Assembly: GCA_951406725.2 (NCBI GenBank)
Contig: OX597825.1
Span: 21,452,001 to 21,516,000 of the forward strand
DNA from: Octopus vulgaris
Taxonomy: Eukaryota
Length of the DNA: 64,000 nt
Reading direction: 5' to 3'
Positions 13,590 to 26,640 of this stretch are shown piece by piece. Made by a program: the position numbers and the translations under genes. How positions within the stretch are numbered: the first letter of the stretch is position 1; each line of letters starts with the position of its first letter. Under the pieces are notes generated by a model. The model had not been told where the DNA came from. It worked only from the letters and a program-made list of their open reading frames with translations, and searched no databases.

Positions 13590-13979
13590 AAAGCTGGACT
13601 CAAGAGTCGTCTTCGTAGTCATAAAACGAGACAGATGAGTGACAACCTGGCCACTGGTGGTGGTGTAACACACCATACTAATCATATTTGTCGGGCATGT
13701 GGAAGAGAGTGTAATTCGGCAGGAGGACTTAAACAACATGCAAAGGTACACGAAGCCCAGTTACAACTACAGCCGGCTATTACCAGTAAAGGTTTTAGTT
13801 GCCAATTTTGTACAAGACATTGTAGATCTTTAGCTGGGCTAAAATGTCACATTCGATCACAGCACCAGTAACAGTTAAGCTTCGTGCAATGGCCATACTC
13901 GATAACGAGGGGGCAGCCATAATGTATGTATGTATGTATGTATGTATGTATGTATGTATGTATGTATGTATGTATGTAT
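13590..13979 (+). mobile_element. 3' end of an RTE-like LINE with tandem C2H2-type knuckles and a (TATG)n tail
   Basis: Encodes KAGLKSRLRSH...CRACGRECNSAGGLKQHAKVH...CQFCTRHCRSLAGLKCHIRSQH*, then a short 3' UTR and (TATG)n; 5'-truncated at another TATG tract. The CxxCxRxCxSxxGLxxHxRxH motif is typical of LINE ORF2 C-termini. Confidence 0.65.
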
Positions 13980-14599
13980 ACTTGAACTCAAAATGACGCT
14001 GTTGTAAAGTGTACTTCTTAATCATTCAGCCATAGCTATTAATATTTTTGTCACCATATTTATATGAATCTATCTCTATTTTCCGTATACCGCCTCTCAC
14101 TGTTTTTATTTTCGCTGACCCATGTCATCCATCTTTAAATATAAAAAAAAAGTAGACGCTCTCTGTATAGTCATATCGTCATTGTCTCTCAGGCTGTATG
14201 CTTGTCTCACTCAATCATTTTCTTCTTATGGTCGTATGTCTATCTCTGTATATTTCGTCTGGAAACTTCAGCTAAGTAACCGTATAATTGCAAAGAAGAC
14301 AGCTCTCAGCAACATGAATGAAATAATGAGATGACGATTGTATGAGAAGTAATGACTCTGTTGGACTCAGTTGGAATTAGGAGCTTGGTGTGAACTAATA
14401 AATGAAAAAAAAAGGGGAAATAGAGGAATGTGGAGAAGATAGATAGAAGTAGACAGGTGAAAAAAAATGAAAGAAGGAAAGTGTGGGAGGAAGAAGGAGA
14501 AAAAATGTTTTGGAGCTAAAGAAAATAGAAAAGGGGTGAAAAAAAGAATCTGCAAGAAACAGGTAAAATATATGAATAAAAATATGAAAAAGGTGAAAA

Positions 14600-14860
14600 A
14601 AAACGATGAGAATGAAGAAGAAGAAGAAGAAGAAGAAGAAGAAGAAGAAGAAGAAGAAGAAGAGAAAAAAGAAGAAGAAGACGAAGAAGAAGAAAAAGAA
14701 GAAAAAGAAGTTGAACAAGAAGAAGTTGAAGAAGAAGAAGTTGAAGAAGAAGAAGAGAAAAGAAGTAGAAGAAGAAGAAGAAGAAGAAAAGAAGTAGAAG
14801 AGGAAGAAGAAGTAGAAAACGGTGAGGTGGACCACAAACACGAAGAAGAGGAAGCTGGAT
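14600..14860. repeat. (GAA)n-rich low-complexity tract
   Basis: Direct reading; produces spurious poly-E/K/F ORFs. Confidence 0.95.
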
Positions 14861-15355
14861 GAAAAAGATGAGAGAACGGTGAAGATGAAATAATAAGCGT
14901 ATTAAATAATATTGTTAAATAATATTAACTTCAGCCAGTGGTCAGCATACTTAAAAATCGTCCGAGGATCGTGAATTCTATCTAAATATAAACAATATGA
15001 GAGACCATAATGTGGATCCCCTGTATGCTAAATATAGACGTCAAAGTGTCTTACATGGAAATCGGTGTTCTCAAATTAGCAAGACGCAAGATGTTTACGG
15101 GGTAGACAAATGAAAAGAAATAAACATTTCTAATTTGAGAACGCAGATTTCGTGGAAAGACGGTAGAGATGAAAAAGAAAACGAAGAAGGTGAAAGAAAA
15201 GCAGTGAAGTAAACTCTGAAGATGCAGATGAAAACGGAGTTGTTGTCTACGGTGCGGGTGTGCTGACACAGTTTATATTTAAGAGATGAAGAATTATGGA
15301 CATTATTTACATTATTTACATTTGACGGATATTTGTCCTCATCTTGTTTGTTGTT

Positions 15356-15401
15356 AACACAACGTTTCGGCTGGTATACCCTCCAGCCTTCTTCAGGTGT
15401 C
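15356..15401 (-). ncRNA. minimal type-I hammerhead ribozyme, canonical C3-G8 core, in a repeat at about 15285-15450
   Basis: GACAC-CTGAAGA-A-GGCTGG-agggtata-CCAGCC-GAA-ACGT-T-GTGTT; a second copy of the repeat at about 53600-53750 (+) has a core deletion. Confidence 0.75.
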
Positions 15402-15457
15402 TTGGGGAAATTTCGAACCTGGGTTCTCATTCCTAAGGTATTCTTCGATGTTATTAT

Positions 15458-15539
<82 letters not shown>

Positions 15540-15645
15540 AGTCTGTTTGTCTGTCTGTCTGTTTGTCTGCCTGTCTATCTGTCTGTCTGTCTATCTACCT
15601 ATCTATCTACCTCTCTTTCTCTCTCTCTCTGTCTGTGTGTCTGTG

Positions 15646-15694
<49 letters not shown>

Positions 15695-15712
15695 GTTTTA
15701 TTATTGTTTCAG

Positions 15713-15853
15713 AAACTTTCACGACAGTGTTATGGTCCCAGTCTATGAAAGGCGAAGGGGGCCGGGCCAATTTCTTCATTGATCCTATTGGATATACAAT
15801 ATATTACAACATCACATTAGCGCGACCTTTCACAGGCATCAACAAACTGGCAC
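15713..15853 (+). CDS. chrd: chordin exon (start of CHRD2): [47 protein letters not shown]
   Basis: ttattgtttcag / gtaagt; 141 nt, phase 1/1; resembles ETFSAIL...GVGG. Confidence 0.88.
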
Positions 15854-16015
15854 GTAAGTAGCGGATTAATCTCTTCTTACTTTCATTGCTCTCGAATTTT
15901 CCCCCTATCGTTTCCATTTATGTAACCTTTGTGGCAACCAATTAGAATAATCACTTATATAGGGTGGACCAAAAACTCGTCCCCCTTATCCTTCGCCCTG
16001 ATGGAATATAAAAGC

Positions 16016-16049
<34 letters not shown>

Positions 16050-16080
16050 GTCATCATCGTCATCATCGTCATCGTCATCG

Positions 16081-16113
<33 letters not shown>

Positions 16114-16324
16114 ATGTGGAGCAGCTTTAGTCTGTTGATCATTAAGAAATTGGATGAAGATTTCAGCTTCGTACATGACCGTGGTGCGTTCCAGATGGAA
16201 ACGAAATTATCATTTTCCGCATGTGTGTGTGTGTGTGCATGTGTGCGTGTGTATGTGTGTGTGTGTGTGCGTGTGTGTGTGTGTGTTTATGCATACAGGC
16301 ATATAACAACTGGCTTTCCGTCGG

Positions 16325-16640
16325 TTTCGACGATGTGGGTCCCGTTTGATCTGATCGACGGAATAGCCAGTTTATGAAATTAACGTGCAAGTGGCTGAGC
16401 ACTCCACAGTCATGTGTACCCTTAACGTAGTTCTCAGAGAGATTCAACGTGACACAGAATATGACAAGGCTGGCCCTTTGAAATACAGGTACTACTCATT
16501 ATTGCCGGATGAGTGGCCTGGAGCAACGTGAAAGGAAGTGTCTCGCTCGAAGACTGAACGCGCTGCCGGGAATTGAACTCACGACCTTACGACCTTACGA
16601 CCATGAACCGATTTCCTTAACCACTAAGCCACGCGCAATA
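16325..16640 (-). mobile_element. SINE family C (tRNA-like head)
   Basis: Reverse complement begins gcgcgtggcttagtggttaagg...gagttcaattcccggc. Confidence 0.7.
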
Positions 16641-16700
16641 CATTTTACAAATATTGTTGATAATATTCGTTAATACCCGTTGTGTTTCATACATTTACAG

Positions 16701-16774
16701 TTAACCAAGAGCGGATTACAGTCAGTGTGCTTTACAACAGAAAAACTATATTTATGGACTGGGTTTACGAAGCG
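16701..16774 (+). CDS. chrd: chordin exon (CHRD2): LNQERITVSVLYNRKTIFMDWVYEA
   Basis: catacatttacag / gtaaga; 74 nt, phase 1/0, exactly the phase change needed between its neighbours. Confidence 0.78.
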
Positions 16775-17097
16775 GTAAGATATTTGCCTTTCTATGTGCT
16801 GCTCCGGTCTACGCCTGGTGTCGATTATCAGACAACAAAACACACGTACACACACGCACACACACGCACACACACACATATACAGAGAAAGAGAAAGAGA
16901 GAGAGAGAGAGGGGGAAGAGGGAGGGATTGATAATTATAATCCTGGTTATGGCCTAGTTTCATGTTTTATGATATGTGTTACATAACACGGTATGAATTG
17001 CATAACGTTGTATGAGTTATGGAATAAATGATATCGTCCATTCACTGAAACAATTGTAATATCAATATACCTTTTCTCTCTCCTCATTTAAATCATT

Positions 17098-17185
<88 letters not shown>

Positions 17186-17739
17186 GTAATCCATTGATAG
17201 AATTTATAAATATTTTTATGCACTGTTACGCCCGTTTCGACAATCAAATGTTTCTTATGATCATAGTCCGTAGTCCCGGGATGATTACAGTACAATCCGT
17301 TTTATCCATGGACATCGGGTGGATCATCAGCATAGCTTTGTGCAACCTCCTGAAACTGCTATTGCCAGCTGCTATCATTTCGCTGTAGCCGGCGTAATAA
17401 AATAGAGGCTTTTATACGCATATTCAAAAACGCTTCCCGTAGCAAATTTAAAGGATATGTATATATATGTCCAGGAATCGAAACCACAATCTTACGATCA
17501 TGATGCTGACACTCTAGCCACTAAGCCACTCGCCTCCACACAGTTTCAGGTTCCACACAATTTCAGTTTCCGATTAGTAATTTAATCACAAAGCACTGGT
17601 CGGTCCGGGGCAATAGTAGAAGACACAGGCTGCTCCAGGTGCAACGTGGTGGAACTGAACCCAAAATCGCATGCCTGCAAAGCGAGTTTCTTAACTTCAC
17701 TGACATCATGCCTTAAAGAAAAATGGCAATAAATAAAAA

Positions 17740-17995
17740 TCTGAACGTGCAGGAAATAGAGAAAGAAAAATCACTCGTTGGGGAAGTGAAAACTTCAAAG
17801 TTGAGATTAAAGGTTTCTTGATTGCTGCACAACATGAAAAGCTTCTGATCAGAAACTGCCAAAGGCGTGTAACACAGCAGAATATATTATATAACTGCAA
17901 AAGATGTGGGAGTGTGGAAGAAACAATTAAATGCATTGTCTCTGGCTGTTTAGTCTTTACTGAGACGAAATACAGCTTAAGGCATAACAGAGGTG
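17740..17995 (+). mobile_element. R4/Dong-like (RLE) LINE fragment, zinc-knuckle region
   Basis: GFLIAAQHEKLLIRN...CKRCGSVEETIKCIVSGC...YSLRHN resembles AAQDQAL.T.N...CR.C....ET..HIVSGC......Y..RHN. Confidence 0.65.
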
Positions 17996-18402
17996 TTTTA
18001 AACGTAGAGCGGATAAGGTTTTTTGCGAATGAAAAAGCAGCCATATTGTGTGGGATATGTGAAGTCGTTATAGACAGGAGGACCAAGGTAAATGTTCGGT
18101 CCACCGTGAAAGGAGTTGTCTGTTCATCGATGTATCAGTTCCAACATGGCAAATGTAATTCTTTCTACTGTAAGTACAAGGCCTGAAATTTTGTGGGGGA
18201 AGGGAAAATCGATTACCAGTGCTGAAATATTTGTTGTTTAATCGACCCCAAAGAGTGTAAGGTGAAGTCGTCCTTGTTGGTGTTTGAACTCAGAACGCGA
18301 CTAATACAATGCAAAATTAAACGGCAAACTTGTAAGAAACACCTACAATTACCGATATTTTTGCTTCTCTTTATTTATTTGTCGCTTTTCATATATTTAA
18401 AG

Positions 18403-18544
18403 GATGGCATTATTAATGGATTATGGATGAAGTTAAAGAAACGAACTCTCAGACAACTAACTCGAGGAAAACTAGTCATTAAAGTTAATACTCAAACCAC
18501 TAAACCGTTTAGTGGAAGAATTCTACCAAGAATAACATGTGGAG
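18403..18544 (+). CDS. chrd: chordin exon (end of CHRD2): DGIINGLWMKLKKRTLRQLTRGKLVIKVNTQTTKPFSGRILPRITCG
   Basis: cttttcatatatttaaag / gtgagt; 142 nt, phase 0/1; resembles GEL.MAL...ISGHIAARKSC. Confidence 0.88.
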
Positions 18545-18675
18545 GTGAGTTCTATTTAATCGTATTTTTCAACGTCTCTTTGATTTCATTGACATTTGAA
18601 AGTAGAAGATTATAAACCATAAGTTGATATCCCTATGAGAACAGTTGCGATTCTCTAAGTTCTTGCTTGGTTGAT

Positions 18676-18773
<98 letters not shown>

Positions 18774-18903
18774 AATCTATCTATCTAACTATCTGTCTGT
18801 CTGTCTGTCTGTCTACCTATCTATTTAGTAACTATTTTTATAGATAATATAGTATACTCTTTTACATGTTTCAGTAATTTGACTGCGGCCGTGGTGGAGC
18901 GCC

Positions 18904-18941
<38 letters not shown>

Positions 18942-18978
18942 TTACACACCACTGTATGTATGTATATATACATATGTA

Positions 18979-19009
<31 letters not shown>

Positions 19010-19044
19010 ATATGTATATATGTATGTATGTATATATACATATG

Positions 19045-19079
<35 letters not shown>

Positions 19080-19172
19080 ATATGTATATATGTATGTATA
19101 TATGTATATATATATATGTATATATGTATATATATATATGTATATATGTATATATATATATATGTATATATG

Positions 19173-19218
<46 letters not shown>

Positions 19219-19734
19219 TATATTATATATATTATATTATATTACCTTATTCACGAAATCTTTGACGATACTCCTTAATCATATTATATATACGCGAACG
19301 TAAGCGAGCCAGCACTGTTTAACTTAAACCGATAAAATGTTAATAAAGAAACATATAAATCAAAATTCTAATACGAAGCGTTCTGATTGATGAAAAATTG
19401 ATAAGTAAGTGATACTATTCGAAGCACTAAATGTCATGGCGTGGACTCTGAATTAGTGATTACAACCATGTAATATGGTTAATAGTCACTGTTTTCAAAT
19501 TAGTCAATCAGTATTCTGAAGTTGATTGAATTCATAATAGTAATGAACTGCGTTCATATTAGCTATTCAGAATATTTCTATAAGTTGTACCTAATGAAAT
19601 GAATTTTTGGGGTGACCCTTAAAAAGTTCACTCACCTATATATTTGTAATTATTTTAAAATGCGCATATACATACATACATGCACAAACGCACATACACG
19701 CGTATGTATGTATGTATGTATGTATGTATGTATG

Positions 19735-19769
<35 letters not shown>

Positions 19770-19778
19770 ATACATATG

Positions 19779-19810
<32 letters not shown>

Positions 19811-19825
19811 CATTTATATATCGAG

Positions 19826-19869
<44 letters not shown>

Positions 19870-20541
19870 GTATGCGTGGATGGGTTGTGTGTATATATAT
19901 ATAGATATATATGTACCTACTTTTATGGATATAAACACATAAACACACATACGCATATATACACAGATATATAAGCACACGTATTTATACACACACTTAA
20001 ATATACATATCTTGATGTATACGTATGTACGTGCGTTTGTGTGTGTGTCTGTGTCTGTGTGTGTATGTGTGTGTGTGTGTGTTTGTGAATACACGTCTAT
20101 ATTTGTATATATACATCAATAGATAGACATATGAAGCCCGTATACATACATTTTTACGAACATACACATATACACAGACACACAAGCACACACGCACACA
20201 CACACACGCACACACATGTCTGCACACCTCTGATTAAAATCTCATTTGTCACTTCTGAAGGTGAGATTCCCCCTCCTCCTCCTCCTCCTCCTGCTCTTCC
20301 TCCTTCAATCTACCCTCCTTACTCACCCTGCCCTTCTCTTTCACCGACTGTTAAACACAACGTTACCTTATTCACGAAATCTTTGACCATACTCCTTAAT
20401 CATACGTTATATTATCCCGCCAATTTTCTGATACTTATACGCTTCGTTTAACGTGATTTCTCTTTTATTTTTATTTTTATTTTTCTTACTTTTAGTTATG
20501 TCGTATTTATACATGTGCGCACACGCAGACATACTTATATG

Positions 20542-20572
<31 letters not shown>

Positions 20573-20692
20573 GCACAAATACACGCGCATACTAACATTT
20601 ATGAGTTGTAGTTTGCAGGTTTTTCACTTACATATTTATAAATTAAATATATCTATAATATATATAATATTCCTATATATGTAATATGTATA

Positions 20693-20746
<54 letters not shown>

Positions 20747-20770
20747 CATATATATATGTATATATATATG

Positions 20771-20883
<113 letters not shown>

Positions 20884-20888
20884 CATAC

Positions 20889-21270
20889 GTGTGGTTAGTA
20901 GCTTGCTTACCAACCATATGGTTCCGGGTTCATTCCCACTGCGTGGCACCTTGTGCAAGTGTTTCTACTATAGCCTCGGGCCGACCAAAGCCTTGTGAAT
21001 GGATTTGGTAAACGGAAACTGAAAGAAGCCCCTCGTATATATGTATGTATATGTATTTGTGTGTATATGTTTGTGATTCTGTGTTTGTCCCCCCAACATC
21101 TCTTGACAACCGATGGGGATGTATTTACGTCCTCGTAACTTAGCAGTTCGGCAAAAGAAACCGATAGAATAAGTACTAGGCTTACAAAGAATAAGTCCTG
21201 GGGTCGATTTGCTCGACTAAAGACGGCGCTCCAGCATGGTTGCAGTCAAATGACTAAAACAAGTAAAAGG
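20889..21270 (+). mobile_element. SINE family A
   Basis: Near full-length copy. Confidence 0.85.
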
Positions 21271-21283
21271 GTATATATATATG

Positions 21284-21325
<42 letters not shown>

Positions 21326-21332
<7 letters not shown>

Positions 21333-21641
21333 CGAGACAAAACCACTATTTTAAAACCAAACAAGGAAAGACTTAAACAATACATAAAATTTTAATATAA
21401 ATTAAATAAACCGCCACTACAAATGTTTCATGTCTGCTACCGACAATCTTCAGGTGGATTTTCGATCTTCTAATCAGTATCAAATTTTGATACTGATTAG
21501 AAGATCGAAAATCCATAAGATTGTCGGTAGCAGACATGAAACATTTGTAGTGGCGGTTTATTTAATTTATATTAAAATTTTATGTATTGTTTAAGTCTTT
21601 CCTTGTTTGGTTTTAAAATAGTGGTTTTGTCTCGAATTATA
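21326..21641. repeat. near-perfect palindrome (about 155-bp arms) carrying a hammerhead in one arm
   Basis: taattcgagacaaaaccactatt...cagtatcaaa|ttttgatactg...aatagtggttttgtctcgaatta; a related non-palindromic copy lies at about 46320-46549. Confidence 0.95.
21414..21457 (-). ncRNA. type-I hammerhead motif, canonical core
   Basis: CCAC-CTGAAGA-T-TGTC-ggtagca-GACA-T-GAA-ACAttTGT-A-GTGG; the mirror arm has lost part of the core (ccataaga). Confidence 0.65.
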
Positions 21642-21725
21642 TTATATAATTTTTTACTATAAAATTGGATTTAACCCTAAATCTGATTTTTCCCTGTAAT
21701 TTTGGATTCATTCCCTAATATTTAT

Positions 21726-21761
<36 letters not shown>

Positions 21762-21868
21762 ATTTAGAAAAAGCAAAACAAACGGAACGATTAACAAAAC
21801 ATAACAAACAGAAAATTCGTATCTTATTCCTAATCAGTCAACGTCCAGGAGATCATTACAATTTCGCG

Positions 21869-21926
<58 letters not shown>

Positions 21927-22036
21927 GATGAATATGTTACTTAAGTTGAGGCACTAGAATTTAGTATGGTAATTATCCATACAATTTAAAATAAACTGAT
22001 TAAAATTAAAATAAGCAACAAGGATATCCAGAGGTA

Positions 22037-22125
22037 ATGCAGTACGATCATTTTATGCGACTCCATTTAATTGAACAATGCAATCATTACATCAATATAA
22101 AATGCAGAGCAATCTTCAGCTGCAT
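22037..22125 (-). ncRNA. degenerate hammerhead with a long stem II
   Basis: ATGCAG-CTGAAGA-ttgc...gca-t-AAAATGATCGT-A-CTGCAT; GAAA mutated to AAAA. The flank at 21923-22030 recurs inverted at about 34487-34595. Confidence 0.45.
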
Positions 22126-22703
22126 AAAAACAAAGAATCTAATAAAATTTGAAGGACACATTAGTATAATTTTAGTTAAAATCCCCAAGAAGATAAGTAG
22201 ATAGGCAAAGAACATGTTTTATCAACAACATCACAGTTGTAACTGAAATTTTTCAAAGAAGACACTGCTTTTCACTGATTATTTCTGTTATTTAGTTTTA
22301 GTTACGTGAGGAGGGGGCATTTTTAATTTTATAGACTAGTTTATCAAATCTGAGAGATACTGAGAGACAGCTGGTACTACCCTCTGTCTTCTCTCAGTTC
22401 AAATTCCTCCGAGGTCGTCTTTACATTGCATCCTCTCGGGGTCGATAAAATAAGTACCAGTTTAACACTGGACTTGATGCAATCGACTTATCCTCTCCCC
22501 GCCAAAATGGCTGCCCTTGTTGCAAATTTTGAAGCCATTATTATTATTATTATTATTATAATTATTCTGTTATTATTATTTTTTATTATTATTATTTTAT
22601 TATTATTGGCATCAAGTCTCACCCAGAGACCTCAAGAGACAACAGGTTGGAAGTTCATGTTGTTATGCCTAGTGTGCCATATATTTTATTATTATTATTA
22701 TTA

Positions 22704-22821
<118 letters not shown>

Positions 22822-22841
22822 CATTATGATTGTTGTTATTA

Positions 22842-22881
<40 letters not shown>

Positions 22882-23427
22882 GCTTATCATCATTGTCGGT
22901 TGTTGTCTGTTAGTGTGTTTTTAGAAACTGCAGGGTGAAGCTCAAAAACATGTCCATCAAATACGTGCAGCGTTTCCTTCCTTTTATGCTATGGACATGT
23001 ATTCCATGTACGATTTTATTTAAATAAACAGAAGCACATCGTAAAATGTCTACCTTGCCTTGAAAGCATTATTTACAATATGAAAAATTCTGCACCATAT
23101 GCACAATAATCTATCACACATACCTCTATACATTGACTTCGAGTGCAAATCATGTCTAAAGACAGCGGCAGAAGAAACGTTCAACAAAAATAATAATAAC
23201 GGCAAAGTTGTTTTTAAACCTATAGCTCTAACAACTACAATGAAATCGAACAAAAGAAGCAAATATTTTTGCTGTTGGCCGACAGTGTTAAGAATTCATC
23301 GTAAATATCTCCATCATCAATGTCAATGTGGTTGTTCTTTTTATCTGTTTCAATGAAGTCTTACTATAGACAAGCAAAATGTTTCCTACACACACACACA
23401 CACGCGTGTGCACGTATGTACATACTT

Positions 23428-23473
<46 letters not shown>

Positions 23474-23588
23474 GCAGACCTGAACATATGCATGTATATA
23501 CAATATGAGTGTATACCTATATATACATACGTAAACATTCATTCATCCATCCATCCATACATTCATACATATATAAATATATGTGTGC

Positions 23589-23629
<41 letters not shown>

Positions 23630-23741
23630 TGTATAATGTGTCTGTATGTATGTACACACTTATATATACGTACATACATATATGTATGTATATATACAAG
23701 TATTTATATATTATTTATATTATTTTATGTACACACACACA

Positions 23742-23784
<43 letters not shown>

Positions 23785-23882
23785 ATAAAACGGTAAGATA
23801 ACAAAAGAAAGAAAGAGACCTCAATATTATGTAAATAGAGGAAATTTATCTATACAATATGTTACATTACTCGGTAGTCAAG

Positions 23883-23957
<75 letters not shown>

Positions 23958-24344
23958 TGTGTTTGTATATATACATTCATATATATTTTATATATGTATA
24001 TACATATGTATAGATGCATACAAACATACATATATATATACATGATATATATGTATATGTCCATGATATATATATATATACATACATACAGCCTTCAGGT
24101 TGTAAACATTCTTAACATCAAAGTCTCGTGCTCTGATGCACAGAATATTGAAGAAACTCTACCTATAGCGATCATTGTGTATTCCATTTGGGTGTTGCGG
24201 AGAGACGTGATTAGAGGACATTCCTTTCTTTTCACACACCCCGCCACCCTGTTTTAATGTATGCATGAATGTAAGCAAATTTGCATACTTACATTTAAGA
24301 CATGCAGGTATACGTGCATTGTAAATACATGTGTATATGTTTGT

Positions 24345-24752
24345 TGGAGTGGCTGTGTGGTAAGTAGCTTGCTTACGAACCACATGGTTCCGGGTTCAGT
24401 TCTACTGCGTGGCAACTTGGGCAAGTGTCTGCTACTATAGCCTCGGGACGACCAAAGCCTTGTGAGTGGATTTGGCAGGCGGAAACTGAAGGAAGCCCGT
24501 CGTATATATGTATGTATATATATGCATGTATGTGTGTGTATATGTTTGTGTGTCTGTGTTTGTCTCCCCAACATCTCTTGACAACCGATGCTGGTGTGTT
24601 TACGTCCCCGTAACTTAGCGGTTTGGCAACAGAGACTGATAGAATGTGTACTAGGCTTACAAAGAATAAGTCCTGGGGTCGATTTGCTCGACTAAAGGCG
24701 GTGCTCCAGCATGGCCACAGTCAAATTACTGAAACAAATAAAAGAGTAAAAG
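24345..24752 (+). mobile_element. SINE family A
   Basis: Full-length copy. Confidence 0.85.
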
Positions 24753-24795
24753 AATATCTATCTATCTATCTATATATATATATACATATATATAC

Positions 24796-24868
<73 letters not shown>

Positions 24869-25074
24869 CTGTTACATGTATGTAATCATACACACGCGCA
24901 TATACACACATACACATGGTTGTGGGTTTGAAATATCATCTGGACACCGGCTGTCATAAGTTAACATGTAGGGAGGTGTTTGTTAATAAGCATGTTCACA
25001 CCCCAGTTAGCTTCAACAGAAAACCTGTATATATGATACATACCTATTATGTAGAACGTTCCCTTCCTCCTACA

Positions 25075-25158
<84 letters not shown>

Positions 25159-25205
25159 CATTATTATCATCGTTATTATTATTGTTATTATTATAATTAT
25201 TTTTA

Positions 25206-25267
<62 letters not shown>

Positions 25268-25279
25268 ATTATTATTATT

Positions 25280-25660
25280 TTTGCCAGAATCGCTAGCACG
25301 CCGGGCGAAGTGCTTAGCGTCATTTCGTCCGTCATTACGTTCTGAGTTCAAATTCCGCCGAGGTCGACTTGGCTTTTCATCCTTTCGGGGTTGATAAATT
25401 AGATACCAGCGAAACACTGGAGTCGATGTAATCGACTGGTCCATTGCCCCGATATTTTAGGCCTTCTGTCTGTATTTTTGGTAAAATCGTTAGCATGTCG
25501 GGCAAAATGCTTAGCAGCCTTTCATCTGTCATTACGCTCCGAGGTCGGCTTTTCTTTTCATTCTTTCGGGTCGATAAAATAAGTACCAGTTGAGATTGGG
25601 GTCTATGTATTTGACTTATCACTTACCCCCAAATGTGTGACCTTGTGCCTAAGTGAAACT
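25280..25660 (+). mobile_element. two tandem SINE family B copies
   Basis: Two successive gaatcg(c/t)tagca...ccgaggtcg...gataaa..aagtaccag-type units. Confidence 0.75.
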
Positions 25661-26099
25661 GGGATAAAATATACAAAGCGTAGTATACCCATCATGACTA
25701 CCCATTTGATAAGGGTACACTAGGCACATGCATCACAACCATATGTGCAAGACATGGTGATCTCATATCAAGATAAACAGCTCATGACCTTGCAGGTGGG
25801 GGTCTCAGTTAGAATTTTCTTCTGGTCGAGTAACCCATCCTGCTCAAAAGGTCCCTGAATAAGGGTTGTTTAAGGATGTTGAACGAGCCACCCGTGTTGC
25901 CAAAGGTGAATTATCCAAACCTCTAAGAATTCCTTTCAACACCCGCTACGATGCTCCCCCACTACTTCTGCTCGTGATCAGAGATGCACATATCGTCAGC
26001 CACTAAGGGACATGCTCAACTTGTTAAGGTCAGAATATTTGCTTTATTTTTGCTATCCATTGATATTCCGTAACACTGGTTTAGCTTCTTGAGTCACAA

Positions 26100-26640
26100 T
26101 CTTCAACTCTATATTGCAAGTTTGCATAGATTCATGCCCGCTTTGTTGATACAAAATTGTTTTATGAAGTTACTTCATCAACAGAGTAATGTCTGGTATT
26201 CTTTTGTGAAATAGGCTTTCTTTCAGCTCGTATCCTTCACGGAGATGCATTATGAGTAGTCGATAAAACGTGATATCTACTTGGCCTCTGCCGGCAATTC
26301 TCCGAAAGTAGACAGATTTGTAGTTTGTACAACATGCTTTCATTTTGTAGAGACCTAGCTGAGAGTATGAACACTGATAGACCGCTAGAGTCTTCCAGTT
26401 TGAAGAGTATGGATAGTTACCAATGTGTGAAAGCCTATACAAGCACGGATATTACAAACAACAGGGTATGTCAAAGATGCGGTAGGGCAAATAAAACTGT
26501 CAGACGAGCGTTCAAGTGTTCGCCACTCATCTGTCTGTAGGATTACGTCGAACAATTGATGCGCCGTGTGGGAAAGATTAAATTGTCCATCGGGCTTAAT
26601 CGTAAAGATCATTCTGTTGCTTTCTCTTAACAAGGAAGAT
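26100..26640 (-). mobile_element. decayed Penelope-like element 3' end (GIY-YIG-like) with a degenerate hammerhead at 26106-26187
   Basis: Minus-strand frames give SFICPTASLTYPVVC...QTGRL*RSISVH...LKESLFHKR, resembling PLE endonuclease F.C....L.Y.I.C...GQT.R.L..R..EH...KE..FI. It ends in ACTCTG-TTGATGA...-A-TAGAGT. Confidence 0.45.

Noticed and set aside
14367-14862. Glu/Lys/Phe-rich ORFs
   Set aside because: (GAA)n tract open in several frames on both strands.
17220-17340. Hammerhead-like pieces on the minus strand (CTGATGATCC...; GAAACGGGCGTAACAGT)
   Set aside because: I could not pair a consistent stem I; probably decayed, so not counted.
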